Below, piece by piece: positions 11,381 to 21,496 of a stretch of 64,000 bases of DNA (position 1 is the first letter of the stretch; each line of letters opens with the position of its first letter). The position numbers were made by a program, and so were the translations under genes. The stretch is from Gammaproteobacteria bacterium. GTDB lineage: Bacteria > Pseudomonadota > Gammaproteobacteria > UBA12402. The notes under the pieces were generated by a model that saw only the letters and a program-made list of their open reading frames with translations, did not search any database and was not told the origin of the DNA. Where the stretch lies: positions 4,575-68,574 of the forward strand of contig CBDALO010000039.1 in the NCBI GenBank assembly GCA_965196985.1, given 5' to 3'.

Positions 11381-11893
11381 GACAATGGTTTGACAGATCG
11401 CATGAAAGCCTACATTCAGAGGCAATATGAAACCTTGTTAGTTCTGGATGAGAACATCGATGTTTACGAACTTGAAATTAATAGCATTTCCAAGAACAAT
11501 GAAAGTTGCCAGCGTATTCAGGCGATAGAGGGTGTGGGACCAATAACAGCGGTGGCAGTGGTTGCTCAGGTGGGTAATGGGAGTGAATTTAAAAATGGCA
11601 GACATCTTTCCGCTTACCTAGGCCTAGTGCCTAGGCAACACTCAAGTGGTAATAGGGAGTATTTGGGAGGAATAAGTAAGCGAGGAGATAAATACCTACG
11701 AACCCTGCTTATCCATGGCGGTAGGTCTGTAGTTACCAGGTGCGGAAAAAAGGATGATCCAAGAAGTGTATGGGTTAAGCGTATTAAAATGGAGCGTGGA
11801 AGCAATAAGGCTAGTGTTGCTGTCGCCAATAAAAATGCTCGGATAATTCTAGCTATGTTAAAAAGTGGCGAAGAGTATCGACGTGCTGCTTAG
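11381..11893 (+). pseudogene. IS110-family transposase, C-terminal part
   Basis: Continues ..TNDNG-LTDRMKAYIQ.. across the IS256 TSD. Contains ..IEGVGPITAVAVVAQVGNGSEFKNGRHLSAYLGLVPRQHSSG.., the IS110 C-terminal domain. Confidence 0.85.
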
Positions 11894-12175
11894 TAGTTAG
11901 TTGAGTTTAACAGTCAGGAGAATTGCAAAGAGTATTGAATGATGACAAGTGGGTAAGACCAATGTTTGAGAGCCTGAAAAACCCAAGGCTAACCAGCCTG
12001 TAATAGGTAGTTGAGTCTAAACAGTGATGAGGCACAAACATGCGTAGTTCCATCAGGGCACGAAGAGGTGATGCATCAATCAGTCATCTGCTTCAGATGT
12101 CGGATATATGAGCGCATCTCTTCTACCATTGTCGTCAGAAAATAATCTTTACAATACGGGGCGAGTCCATATATG
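11894..12175 (+). ncRNA. candidate 3' guide (seek/bridge-type) RNA region of the IS1111-like element
   Basis: 282-nt non-coding right end with no ORF. The call rests on position only, by analogy with IS1111-group elements. Confidence 0.25.
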
Positions 12176-13583
12176 GGTTTATTTAGTTCAACGAGCATTG
12201 ATTTGATTAAATCTGGGCAAAAGGTTAGTGAGTTGAAGGTTACTGTTTCTGGATTGCAGGATGGTGCTGATGAGGGAATCATTCTTGATGGGAGCGTTAT
12301 TGCTTTGGAAGATGGGGTTTCTGATACGACACAAGAACTTACTGGCAATGAACTTCTCGTTGATTACAGCATTTCAATTAGTGCTGGTACAGCCACTATA
12401 ACTATTACCAAATCAGGTGATATTAGCTCTGCTAATGCACAAACTTTGGTTGATGGTTTGGGTTATACGCACATTGGGTTTTCACCAACAGTGGGAAATA
12501 GAACCGTGACGGTTACTTCCATCAAAGATGATGGTGGTACGGCGAATGGTGGTTCAGATACCACTGCTCTTTCAGTAGCAACAACGATTAATGTGAAAGC
12601 GAATAGTGATGGTGTTGATATTGTTTATGGTTCTGCGATTAATGATACTTTCTCAGGAGGGCTGGGGGCTGATACCTTGTCAGGTGGAGCGGGTGATGAT
12701 CAGTTTATCTATGATAGTAGCGATACAGCAATTAATGGTGACGCTAACAATGATGTTGGAGCCGGTGGTGGTGATATTCTCTTAGTCTCGGAAAATATTG
12801 ACTTTGCATCCCAAGGTGTTGATATCAATACGATGGAGTTTATTGATGTAGAAGATGGCCAGGCGACGACATTAAGCAACCTTTCATCACAAAATGTTTT
12901 AGATATGACAGATGGTAACAATACACTTTATATCTATGGTGATATTGGTGGTGATGACCAGTTGTCAGTAAGTGGCACTTGGGTCAATGCAGGTCAGGTT
13001 TCTGTTGGTGGTTATTGGTACAATAACTATACACTTAATGGTGCGACGCTAAACCTTAGTCACGTTGACTTAACGGGCAGAAATGATGCGCCAAATCTTT
13101 ATGCGGTTGCTCAAAATACAGATTTAACACCGGATGCTAATCAAGTTGGTGTGTTTGCTACTGGGACGGTTGTTGATTTAATTGAGTCAAGTGATGTTGT
13201 GACCGAGTTAAAGATAGAGGTTGCTGGTCTGTTAGATGGTGCTAATGAAAAGATTATCCTTGATGGCGTTACGCCTATAGCACCAACTAATGGCGCATCG
13301 GGAACGACGACAGGAGGTATATTAGTTGTTGATTACAGTATTGCTGTGAGCAATGGTACTGCCACTATAACGATTACGAAGACAGGTAATATTGGTGCAG
13401 CTGATGCAGGCACATTAATTGATGGGATAGGTTATAGTAATACGACTGTTTCCGCTTCAATTTCAGAAGGACTTAGGGCGATTACCGTTAGTTCTGTTAA
13501 GGATAATGGTGGTACAGCTAATGATGGTGCTGATACTTCAGCGGATACTTTGGTACAAGGTGTGGTGAACGTAAAAGCTGATA
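12176..13583 (+). pseudogene. giant adhesin, fragment 4 (two ~150-aa modules flanking an RTX-nonapeptide/T1SS-C-terminal-like block), 3' end missing
   Basis: In phase with fragment 3 (..DAAQV-GLFSSTSIDLIKSG..). Contains GGLGADTLSGGAGDDQFIYD. Truncated by IS256 copy 3 at 13584. Confidence 0.8.
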
Positions 13584-15115
13584 GATAGAGCGTTATTTTG
13601 TCTGTAAAAACCAACTTCAGTACTTAGAAAAACCTTTAAAATTCTAAATGGCACTCTATTGTACCTGTCTCATCGCATAATATCTTAAATTAATTATGCT
13701 AATCAATCTAAAAAATTATTTATACCTCAAATTTTTCTCCTCTCAAAATAAATTATTAACTTTTAGGTAATAGCAATTATATCTCGTTAATAAGAACAAG
13801 AATGATCTATCCTAAAACCCTATGAAGCCTTATTATTCACTTCAACTTAAGTATCTAGGTGATCCGCTCCACTGGTCATCAATTTCCACTAAAACAGCTG
13901 ATACGAGCCTTAGGCACGATTCAGTATTAGGGAAAATTCCAACTGTATGCGTCCTTCTTTTTACCTCTCTGTTTACGCGCTCAGCTATGTTACTGGTTCT
14001 TAATCTTTTTTGATGCGGCCTGTCAAAGTTCATCACTACTAAGCCCTCCGGTATATTCACTTCCAACCAAGAAGAAAGCTCTGGTGCTGTTTGCTGATAT
14101 TTATCTACCGCCATAGCCAATAGTCTTTCCGACTCATGAATGTTTGAGGCATTAAATATAGCTGTAATCTCCTCAGCTACTGGTTCCTTCATTGAGCGCT
14201 TTGGTATGTGAGCCTGAGCATTTTGCTGCAAATGAAATTGGCAGCGTTGCCAAGGAACACTGGGGAACACAGCTCTTCTAGCGGCTTTTAGGCCAGTATG
14301 AGCGTCGCTAGTAATCAACTCAATACCATGTATACCTCGCTCAACCAACTGCTGAAGAAAATCACGCCAATGTACCTCAGCCTCTGATAACGCAACAGAA
14401 ACACCTAGCACTGTTCTCTTGCCGGTTGATTCATCAAAGCCATAGGCTATCAATACCGCACAGTCTTGTACTGTGCCGCTAGTGCGCACCTTCTCATAAC
14501 GTGCATCTAGCCAAAGATATTTTATCTTTCCTAACGGCTTATTTCGCCATTTCTTTAAATCTTCATCCAACAATTTAGCGCAACGGCTTACCTCTGTGCT
14601 TGAAATATCTGTTCCACAGAGTTGCTTTAGCACCTTTTCAACTTTGCGCGTGGAAACCCCATGCACATACATTTCAGCGACAGCCAGCTTAAGTGCTCTA
14701 TCAGAGCGTACACCTCGCTCTAAGACTGATGGATAGAAGGCTTCATTGGAGTCTCTAACCTGCGGTATCTGTAGCTCAAGCTGACCTTGACCTGTGTTAA
14801 TTAACCTTGGTTTAAAGCCGTTCGCATATCCGTTTCTATCGCCAGTTCGCTCATAAGGACTGGCATTTAAATGGCGCTCCCTTTCTATTAACATAGCCTC
14901 ATTCATCAACCTGGAGACAAGCTTAGGTAAAGCTTCAAACCCCTCCATCGCTAAAACATGTATGGCTTCTTCGATTAAGTTCTCATTTTTATAGCAGCTC
15001 ATTGTCATTCCTCTTTTTTGGTTAAGTTTACCTTAAAAGGAATTTCTAATCTGACTGAGTCGCCTGCTTATTTTCAGCAAGTCAATGGAATTTACAGAAA
15101 GGATGGCGCACTAGC
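13584..15115 (-). mobile_element. IS256-family IS, copy 3 (no target duplication)
   Basis: Full 1532 bp, but the flanks differ: agctgata on the left, tgcagcaa on the right. Confidence 0.9.
13842..15008 (-). CDS. IS256-family transposase (388 aa)
   Basis: The protein is identical to that of 10107-11273. Confidence 0.9.
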   Translation of the reverse strand: MTMSCYKNENLIEEAIHVLAMEGFEALPKLVSRLMNEAMLIERERHLNASPYERTGDRNGYANGFKPRLINTGQGQLELQIPQVRDSNEAFYPSVLERGVRSDRALKLAVAEMYVHGVSTRKVEKVLKQLCGTDISSTEVSRCAKLLDEDLKKWRNKPLGKIKYLWLDARYEKVRTSGTVQDCAVLIAYGFDESTGKRTVLGVSVALSEAEVHWRDFLQQLVERGIHGIELITSDAHTGLKAARRAVFPSVPWQRCQFHLQQNAQAHIPKRSMKEPVAEEITAIFNASNIHESERLLAMAVDKYQQTAPELSSWLEVNIPEGLVVMNFDRPHQKRLRTSNIAERVNREVKRRTHTVGIFPNTESCLRLVSAVLVEIDDQWSGSPRYLS

Positions 15116-17218
15116 TGCAGCAAAGGGATTCATTGGCGGAGTGTTTAGCTTTTATTGCCAGTCATCATGGTCGTCACACCACAGCAGAAAATATCATGGC
15201 TGATTTACCGTTAAAAGAAGATGTCCTAACTCCTGATCTTTTTGCTCGTGCTGCTGAAAAGGTGGAGCTTAAAGCGCGTTTTCTAAAGCATGAAATTTCT
15301 GGTCTTAGTGATGTTTTTCTTCCTTGTGTCTTAATTCTTGATGGTAGTTCAGCATGTGTATTAACCAAGTTAGAAAATGGTGTTGCTGAAGTAGTCTATC
15401 CAAATGAGAAGATGGTTGTTGAAAAAATATCGCTTGCTGATTTAGAGCAGGAGTTCTCTGGTTACGTTATTTTAGTTGCCCCAGTTTATAAGGCTGATAA
15501 TCGTGTCGAAAGCCTTAAGCAAAGCGATATGAAACATTGGTTTTGGGATACCATTTGGAGTTTTCGTCGTGAGTATGTGCCATTAGCTATTTCTTCTTTA
15601 TTAATTAATTTATTTGTAATTGTAACCCCAATCTTTGTTTTTAATGTGTATAACAAGGTGTTGCCTAATAGTGCTTTTTTCTACTTTAGGCGCTTTGGCA
15701 ATAGGTGTTTTTATTGTTGTGATATTCGACTTTATTATTAAGTTGGCACGGTCTTATTCTATAGAAAATAGCGGTAAAAAAATTGATATCGCTTTGGGTA
15801 ATAAGCTGTTTCGTCAGATAATGAATATGCAGCTAGCTTATCGGCATCCCTCTCCTGCAACGTTTGCTGCCCATTTGCGCGACTTTGAGAATTTACGAAA
15901 TTTTTTCACAGCAACAACTTTAATTTCTTTAATGGATATTCCATTTATCCTTTTATTCTTAGCAGTAATTGTATTTTTTGGTTCCTTTCTTACTGCTTTA
16001 GTTCCCATAGCCTTGGGCGCAATTATTATTCTTTCTGCCTTTTTGCTGGAAAAACGACAGGCTTTGATTATGGAGCGCTCCATGCAAACAGGTTTAATGA
16101 AAAATGCCTGTGCGGTTGAAGCTTTAGCTGCTATGGAAGACATTAAAAGTTTAAATGCAGAGGCTCAGTGGCAACGGCGTTGGGAGAACCAGGCTGTAGC
16201 GACTGCTAATGCTGGAGAAAAATTGCGTCTTTATACGACAATTAACCAAAACATCTCTGCTGCTGCAATAATGTTGAACATGGTTTTGGTTGTAGTGGTA
16301 GGGGTATATTTATTTAGTAATCAGCAAATTACTATGGGCGGTATTATTGCTTCGACAATGCTGTCTTCGCGTGCTTTAGCGCCTTTGGCTAAAGTGTCTA
16401 GCTTGTTGATGAGTTATTCTCAGGCAAAAATTTCACTGGCTTCTTTAAACCAATTTTTTGCTATACCAGTAGACAGACCTAGTGATAGGGACTTATTGGC
16501 TCGCCCAATATTAAAAGGCGCATATCAGCTTGAGCATGTTTCTTATTCTTATCCAGAAGCTGATGCAGCTACTGTGCATGATATTAATCTTCGTATTGAA
16601 CCTGGAGAAAAAATAGCGATATTGGGTCGAGTTGGGGCTGGTAAGTCGACGTTGTTGAAGATGTTGATGGGTTTTTATCCAGCAGGTGAAGGTTTGATTA
16701 CTCTAGATGGTACTGATATACGTCAAATTGACCCTAATGATATTCGCCGTGAAATAGCCTATGCGCCACAACATCCAGTACTTGTGCACGGTTCGCTTAA
16801 AGAAAATATTTTACTAGGTAAGCGTCACGTTTCAGATGAAGCTATGGTTCAGGCTGCTAAGCTTGCCCATTTGGAGCCATTGATTAATCAGTCTAAAGCA
16901 GGGTTTGATATGGTTATCCAAGAAAGGGGGGATAACCTTTCTGCGGGGCAGCGGCAGCTAATTTCATTAGCACGTATTTTTTCTGGTAGTCCAAGGACTT
17001 TATTACTCGATGAGCCAATAGGTTCTATTGATATGGCAACTGAGCGAAATATTGTGCAGGCATTAAAACAATTTACTCAAGATAAGACTTTGGTTTTGAT
17101 AACTCATAGGAAAGCAATGCTTGATTTGGCAGATCGAGTTATTGTCATGGATGGTGGGCGAGTTAAGGCTGATGGGCCAAAAGAGCAGGTGTTAGCTGCA
17201 TTAGGAGTGCAAACATAA
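15116..17218 (+). pseudogene. type I secretion ABC transporter (C39-like N-domain + TMD + NBD; LapB/HlyB-like), 5'-truncated and frameshifted
   Basis: The first codons were lost at the IS256 junction. The frame changes in the T6 run at 15675-15680 (..VYNKVLPNSAF / STLGALAIGVFIVV..). Walker A GRVGAGKST, LSAGQRQ, Walker B LLLDEP. Confidence 0.85.
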
Positions 17219-17235
17219 AACCGAGGTGAAGTGAA

Positions 17236-17520
17236 ATGACAGAAGAAAAAACACCTCAAAATCCTTCACCACAATTAAATAATAAAAAGGTGCTCGATTT
17301 TGCTGCGCAAGCACAAGAAGCGCTAATGCTAGAGTCAAATCGTACTTCAAAGATAATCACTTATTTATGTTTAGCGGTTGTTATAGCTTTCTTTGTTTGG
17401 GCGGCCTTAGTTAAGGTAGAAACAGTAACTGTTGCAGAGGGTAAGGTTATTTCTGCGTCTAAGATTCAAAATGTTGAAAGCTTAGACGGTGGAATTATTG
17501 ATAAGGTCTATGTGAAAAAA
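17236..17520 (+). pseudogene. T1SS membrane-fusion protein (HlyD/LapC-like), fragment 1
   Basis: N-terminal TM segment, then ..VAEGKVISASKIQNVESLDGGIIDKVYVKK. Cut by the IS4-like element. Confidence 0.85.
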
Positions 17521-18989
17521 CTGAGAACTACCCAAAATTGTTATCTCCCTACCTGAACTGAATTCGATAATTCTTTTTGTTCTTCTTGAGAAACACTATT
17601 TTCTTTAAAAAATTGCTCTACTAAGTGATACGTTAGAAGTTTTCTAATACCCTTCGCAATAAAGTGTCGTGTCACCTTGCCCTTACCATCTCCTAATTTA
17701 GCTAGCATAATTGCGTAATCGTCATAAGCTTTTTCCTTACCTATCTCATACAAATATGAGGCCACATAAAAACATACAGCCAGTAGATTTTGTATCCCTT
17801 TAAAATTTTTTATCTGCATATTTTCCCAGCCTAGTCCTTCCTTGAGAAATTTAAAAACATATTCAATTTTCGCACGAGATAGATAGGCTATGTATACCTC
17901 ATACGCCTCATCAAAAGTCGTTACTTTTTTATTAGTTAATAGCAGCATGTCATTCTTAAAAATTCTCCTACCATCTCTGCCTGTAATTTGGATTTTAATT
18001 GCATTGAAGTTCTCAAACTCTCCAAAATAAATAGTTATTTTTCCGTCTTGTACGCAATTCTTTCCAACTGTTAACTTTTGGAATTGCTTTTCGCCTTGAG
18101 CATCAAAATCAGCGTTAATCAGCTTAAGCTTTTTACCATCATCACCTCTACCTTCTACTGTTCTTGTTATTTTTGAGCGAATAATAAAGTCTTGATCTAG
18201 GTTTGTATCAATTAGTGAGAGATAGTCATTATCATCAAACTCTCTATCTAGAATATGGGTAATGGTTGCATCTTCATTCTTTGATTTTAGGCAGATTCCT
18301 ATTTTTTCTATTTCACGAATAGACAGCAGCTTTTTATTAAAGTAATCACCAGATTCATAAAGACTCTTGGCCTCTTTATCTCCCTCAAATGGCTTTCCAG
18401 CCTCTATTTTCTTAATATGCTCAGCTTTTAAAAACTTAGGGTCTTTATTGCTGTAGCTTACATGCGATAGTAGATGCACAGCCTTATCACCAGGTACTAA
18501 TGCAACTGCGTTATGCGTGCTGTAACCATTGATAATATCCCCGTCCAGACTCCTTACTTTACCTAGATTTTCAGTTTGCTTGCTATGTGGCTTTCTAATA
18601 TCAGAAGGATCATGAAGAACATCAATTTTACTGGCGTGTGAAAGTTTTTCACAGCTCTGTTCTAGCAATACATCATTTGTTTTTATTGGATCTAAATCGG
18701 TGCTTTTATTTTCACCGGTAAGTGTACGAATCATCTTTTTATACTCATTGTTATCTTTTGATGAACTGAACAACTTACAACTACCTTCAGTTAATAGCTT
18801 TCCTACAATCGTCGATAGATTTTTTTAAAACAACTTTCCCAGTTAATTTTGAAAAAAGAGGGGCAGCGTAATCGGCGAAGTTTAACATTTATACTCATCT
18901 CGTTAGTCTTGTTAAAAAGACAAAGCATAGTCATTTTTACACAATATTTCAGCATTATTTTGCTGATTTAAATTTTGGGTAGTTTTCAG
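17521..18989 (-). mobile_element. IS4-family IS (1469 bp)
   Basis: 18-bp IRs ctgagaactacccaaaat / attttgggtagttttcag (17/18 match). 8-bp TSD tgaaaaaa at 17513-17520 and 18990-18997. Confidence 0.8.
17541..18773 (-). CDS. IS4-family DDE transposase (N-terminus uncertain; ORF track starts at a TTG)
   Basis: ..ILDREFDDNDY.. and a Y-2-R-3-E-6-K signature (YLSRAKIEYVFKFLK). An ATG near 18895 is out of frame, so the 5' end may be damaged. Confidence 0.7.
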   Translation of the reverse strand: MFSSSKDNNEYKKMIRTLTGENKSTDLDPIKTNDVLLEQSCEKLSHASKIDVLHDPSDIRKPHSKQTENLGKVRSLDGDIINGYSTHNAVALVPGDKAVHLLSHVSYSNKDPKFLKAEHIKKIEAGKPFEGDKEAKSLYESGDYFNKKLLSIREIEKIGICLKSKNEDATITHILDREFDDNDYLSLIDTNLDQDFIIRSKITRTVEGRGDDGKKLKLINADFDAQGEKQFQKLTVGKNCVQDGKITIYFGEFENFNAIKIQITGRDGRRIFKNDMLLLTNKKVTTFDEAYEVYIAYLSRAKIEYVFKFLKEGLGWENMQIKNFKGIQNLLAVCFYVASYLYEIGKEKAYDDYAIMLAKLGDGKGKVTRHFIAKGIRKLLTYHLVEQFFKENSVSQEEQKELSNSVQVGR

Positions 18990-19495
18990 TGAAAAAAATG
19001 ATAAAGTTAAGAAGGGGCAGCCGTTAGTTCAGTTTGAAGATGTCCGTTTTGCTGCTGAGGTACAAGAAGCAAAAGCCCATATAATGACGTTGAAAGCATC
19101 GATCGCGCGCTTGCGAGCTCAAGCAGATTTAAGCGATGAAGTAATATTCCCTGCTGATATGGCGCAGCAAAACCCAGCTTTAATAAAAAGGGAACGCGAC
19201 TTATTTAATCAACGTATGGCAGCTTTAAATACTGAACTTTCTGTATTAAAGGAAAGTTATCGATTAGCAAAAGAAGAGTTGGATATTTTGCGACCTTTGG
19301 TTAAAGAGCAAGTAGTTTCCATGATTGAGCTATTAAAGTTGCAGCGTGAGGCGAATACTATTAAAGGTGAGATTACTAAAGTAACTGATGCTTTTAAAAA
19401 TGAAACTTTAGCCAAACTCAACGAGCTCAACGCTGAACTGCAGGTTAACTTAGAGGCTTTGAAGCGTTTAGAGGACAAGCAGAAGAAAACGGTAT
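18990..19495 (+). pseudogene. T1SS membrane-fusion protein, fragment 2
   Basis: ..NDKVKKGQPLVQFEDVRFAAEVQEAKAHIMTLKASIARLRAQ.. coiled-coil region. Cut by IS256 copy 4. After removing the IS4-like element plus TSD, the A run (18992-18998) is one base short of keeping phase with fragment 1. Confidence 0.8.
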
Positions 19496-21027
19496 GATAG
19501 AGCGTTATTTTGTCTGTAAAAGCCAACTTCAGTACTTAGAAAAACCTTTAAAATTCTAAATGGCACTCTATTGTACCTGTCTCATCGCATAATATCTTAA
19601 ATTAATTATGCTAATCAATCTAAAAAATTATTTATACCTCAAATTTTTCTCCTCTCAAAATAAATTATTAACTTTTAGGTAATAGCAATTATATCTCGTT
19701 AATAAGAACAAGAATGATCTATCCTAAAACCCTATGAAGCCTTATTATTCACTTCAACTTAAGTATCTAGGTGATCCGCTCCACTGGTCATCAATTTCCA
19801 CTAAAACAGCTGATACGAGCCTTAGGCACGATTCAGTATTAGGGAAAATTCCAACTGTATGCGTCCTTCTTTTTACCTCTCTGTTTACGCGCTCAGCTAT
19901 GTTACTGGTTCTTAATCTTTTTTGATGCGGCCTGTCAAAGTTCATCACTACTAAGCCCTCCGGTATATTCACTTCCAACCAAGAAGAAAGCTCTGGTGCT
20001 GTTTGCTGATATTTATCTACCGCCATAGCCAATAGTCTTTCCGACTCATGAATGTTTGAGGCATTAAATATAGCTGTAATCTCCTCAGCTACTGGTTCCT
20101 TCATTGAGCGCTTTGGTATGTGAGCCTGAGCATTTTGCTGCAAATGAAATTGGCAGCGTTGCCAAGGAACACTGGGGAACACAGCTCTTCTAGCGGCTTT
20201 TAGGCCAGTATGAGCGTCGCTAGTAATCAACTCAATACCATGTATACCTCGCTCAACCAACTGCTGAAGAAAATCACGCCAATGTACCTCAGCCTCTGAT
20301 AACGCAACAGAAACACCTAGCACTGTTCTCTTGTCGATTGATTCATCAAAGCCATAGGCTATCAATACCGCACAGTCTTGTACTGTGCCGCTAGTGCGCA
20401 CCTTCTCATAACGTGCATCTAGCCAAAGATATTTTATCTTTCCTAACGGCTTATTTCGCCATTTCTTTAAATCTTCATCCAACAATTTAGCGCAACGGCT
20501 TACCTCTGTGCTTGAAATATCTGTTCCACAGAGTTGCTTTAGCACCTTTTCAACTTTGCGCGTGGAAACCCCATGCACATACATTTCAGCGACAGCCAGC
20601 TTAAGTGCTCTATCAGAGCGTACACCTCGCTCTAAGACTGATGGATAGAAGGCTTCATTGGAGTCTCTAACCTGCGGTATCTGTAGCTCAAGCTGACCTT
20701 GACCTGTGTTAATTAACCTTGGTTTAAAGCCGTTAGCATATCCGTTTCTATCGCCAGTTCGCTCATAAGGACTGGCATTTAAATGGCGCTCCCTTTCTAT
20801 TAACATAGCCTCATTCATCAACCTGGAGACAAGCTTAGGTAAAGCTTCAAACCCCTCCATCGCTAAAACATGTATGGCTTCTTCGATTAAGTTCTCATTT
20901 TTATAGCAGCTCATTGTCATTCCTCTTTTTTGGTTAAGTTTACCTTAAAAGGAATTTCTAATCTGACTGAGTCGCCTGCTTATTTTCAGCAAGTCAATGG
21001 AATTTACAGAAAGGATGGCGCACTAGC
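19496..21027 (-). mobile_element. IS256-family IS, copy 4
   Basis: 1532 bp. 8-bp TSD aacggtat at 19488-19495 and 21028-21035. Confidence 0.92.
19754..20920 (-). CDS. IS256-family transposase (388 aa, two substitutions: ESIDKRTV versus ESTGKRTV)
   Basis: Intact ORF. Confidence 0.9.
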   Translation of the reverse strand: MTMSCYKNENLIEEAIHVLAMEGFEALPKLVSRLMNEAMLIERERHLNASPYERTGDRNGYANGFKPRLINTGQGQLELQIPQVRDSNEAFYPSVLERGVRSDRALKLAVAEMYVHGVSTRKVEKVLKQLCGTDISSTEVSRCAKLLDEDLKKWRNKPLGKIKYLWLDARYEKVRTSGTVQDCAVLIAYGFDESIDKRTVLGVSVALSEAEVHWRDFLQQLVERGIHGIELITSDAHTGLKAARRAVFPSVPWQRCQFHLQQNAQAHIPKRSMKEPVAEEITAIFNASNIHESERLLAMAVDKYQQTAPELSSWLEVNIPEGLVVMNFDRPHQKRLRTSNIAERVNREVKRRTHTVGIFPNTESCLRLVSAVLVEIDDQWSGSPRYLS

Positions 21028-21496
21028 AACGGTATTGAGAGCACCTATTTCAGGTGTAGTGAATCAAGTATTAGAGCATACAGTTGGTGCAGTAATTCGT
21101 CCAGGTGATGCAGTGATGGAGATTTCCCCTTCCAATGAGAAGCTGCTTGTTGAGGCTAAGGTATTGCCACATGAGATTGCCTTCATTAAGCCAGGTCAGC
21201 TTGCTAACGTCAAAATAACTGCTTATGATTACACTACACATGGTAGCTTGAAGGGGAAGGTGGTTCACATTAGCCCGGATACAATAGCCGAAGAGGAAAA
21301 AGGCGGTAAAAGTCAGCATTACTTCCACGTGACTATAGAGACCGATAAGAGTTTTATTCAGTCAGGCAAACAAATGTTACCAATTACTCCTGGTATGACA
21401 GCGTCGGTTGATATCGTTACTGGGGAACAAACAATATTAAACTATTTACTAAAACCAATATTGAGAGCGAAAAGTGATGCATTACGAGAAGCCTAA
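21028..21496 (+). pseudogene. T1SS membrane-fusion protein, fragment 3 (C-terminus)
   Basis: Joins fragment 2 in phase (..KQKKTV-LRAPISGVVNQV..). Ends ..GEQTILNYLLKPILRAKSDALREA, a typical HlyD-family C-terminus. Confidence 0.85.

Larger units (their letters stand above)
9226..12175 (+). mobile_element. IS110-family IS (IS1111-like layout), about 1410 bp plus nested IS256
   Basis: Interrupts the adhesin exactly between codons ..caa gta | ggt tta... Short inverted termini atggaatggactc / gagtccatatatg. DEDD-type transposase inside. Long (282 nt) 3' non-coding end. Confidence 0.75.

Noticed and set aside
20930-21027. MVKFTLKGISNLTESPAYFQQVNGIYRKDGALA leader that makes long chimeric ORFs (4188-4400, 15018-15203, 20930-21496)
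   Set aside because: This is the terminal ~100 bp of IS256 read outward into whatever lies next to it. The 188-aa ORF is an IS-end/MFP-fragment fusion, not a gene. Outward transcription is possible but cannot be shown from sequence.
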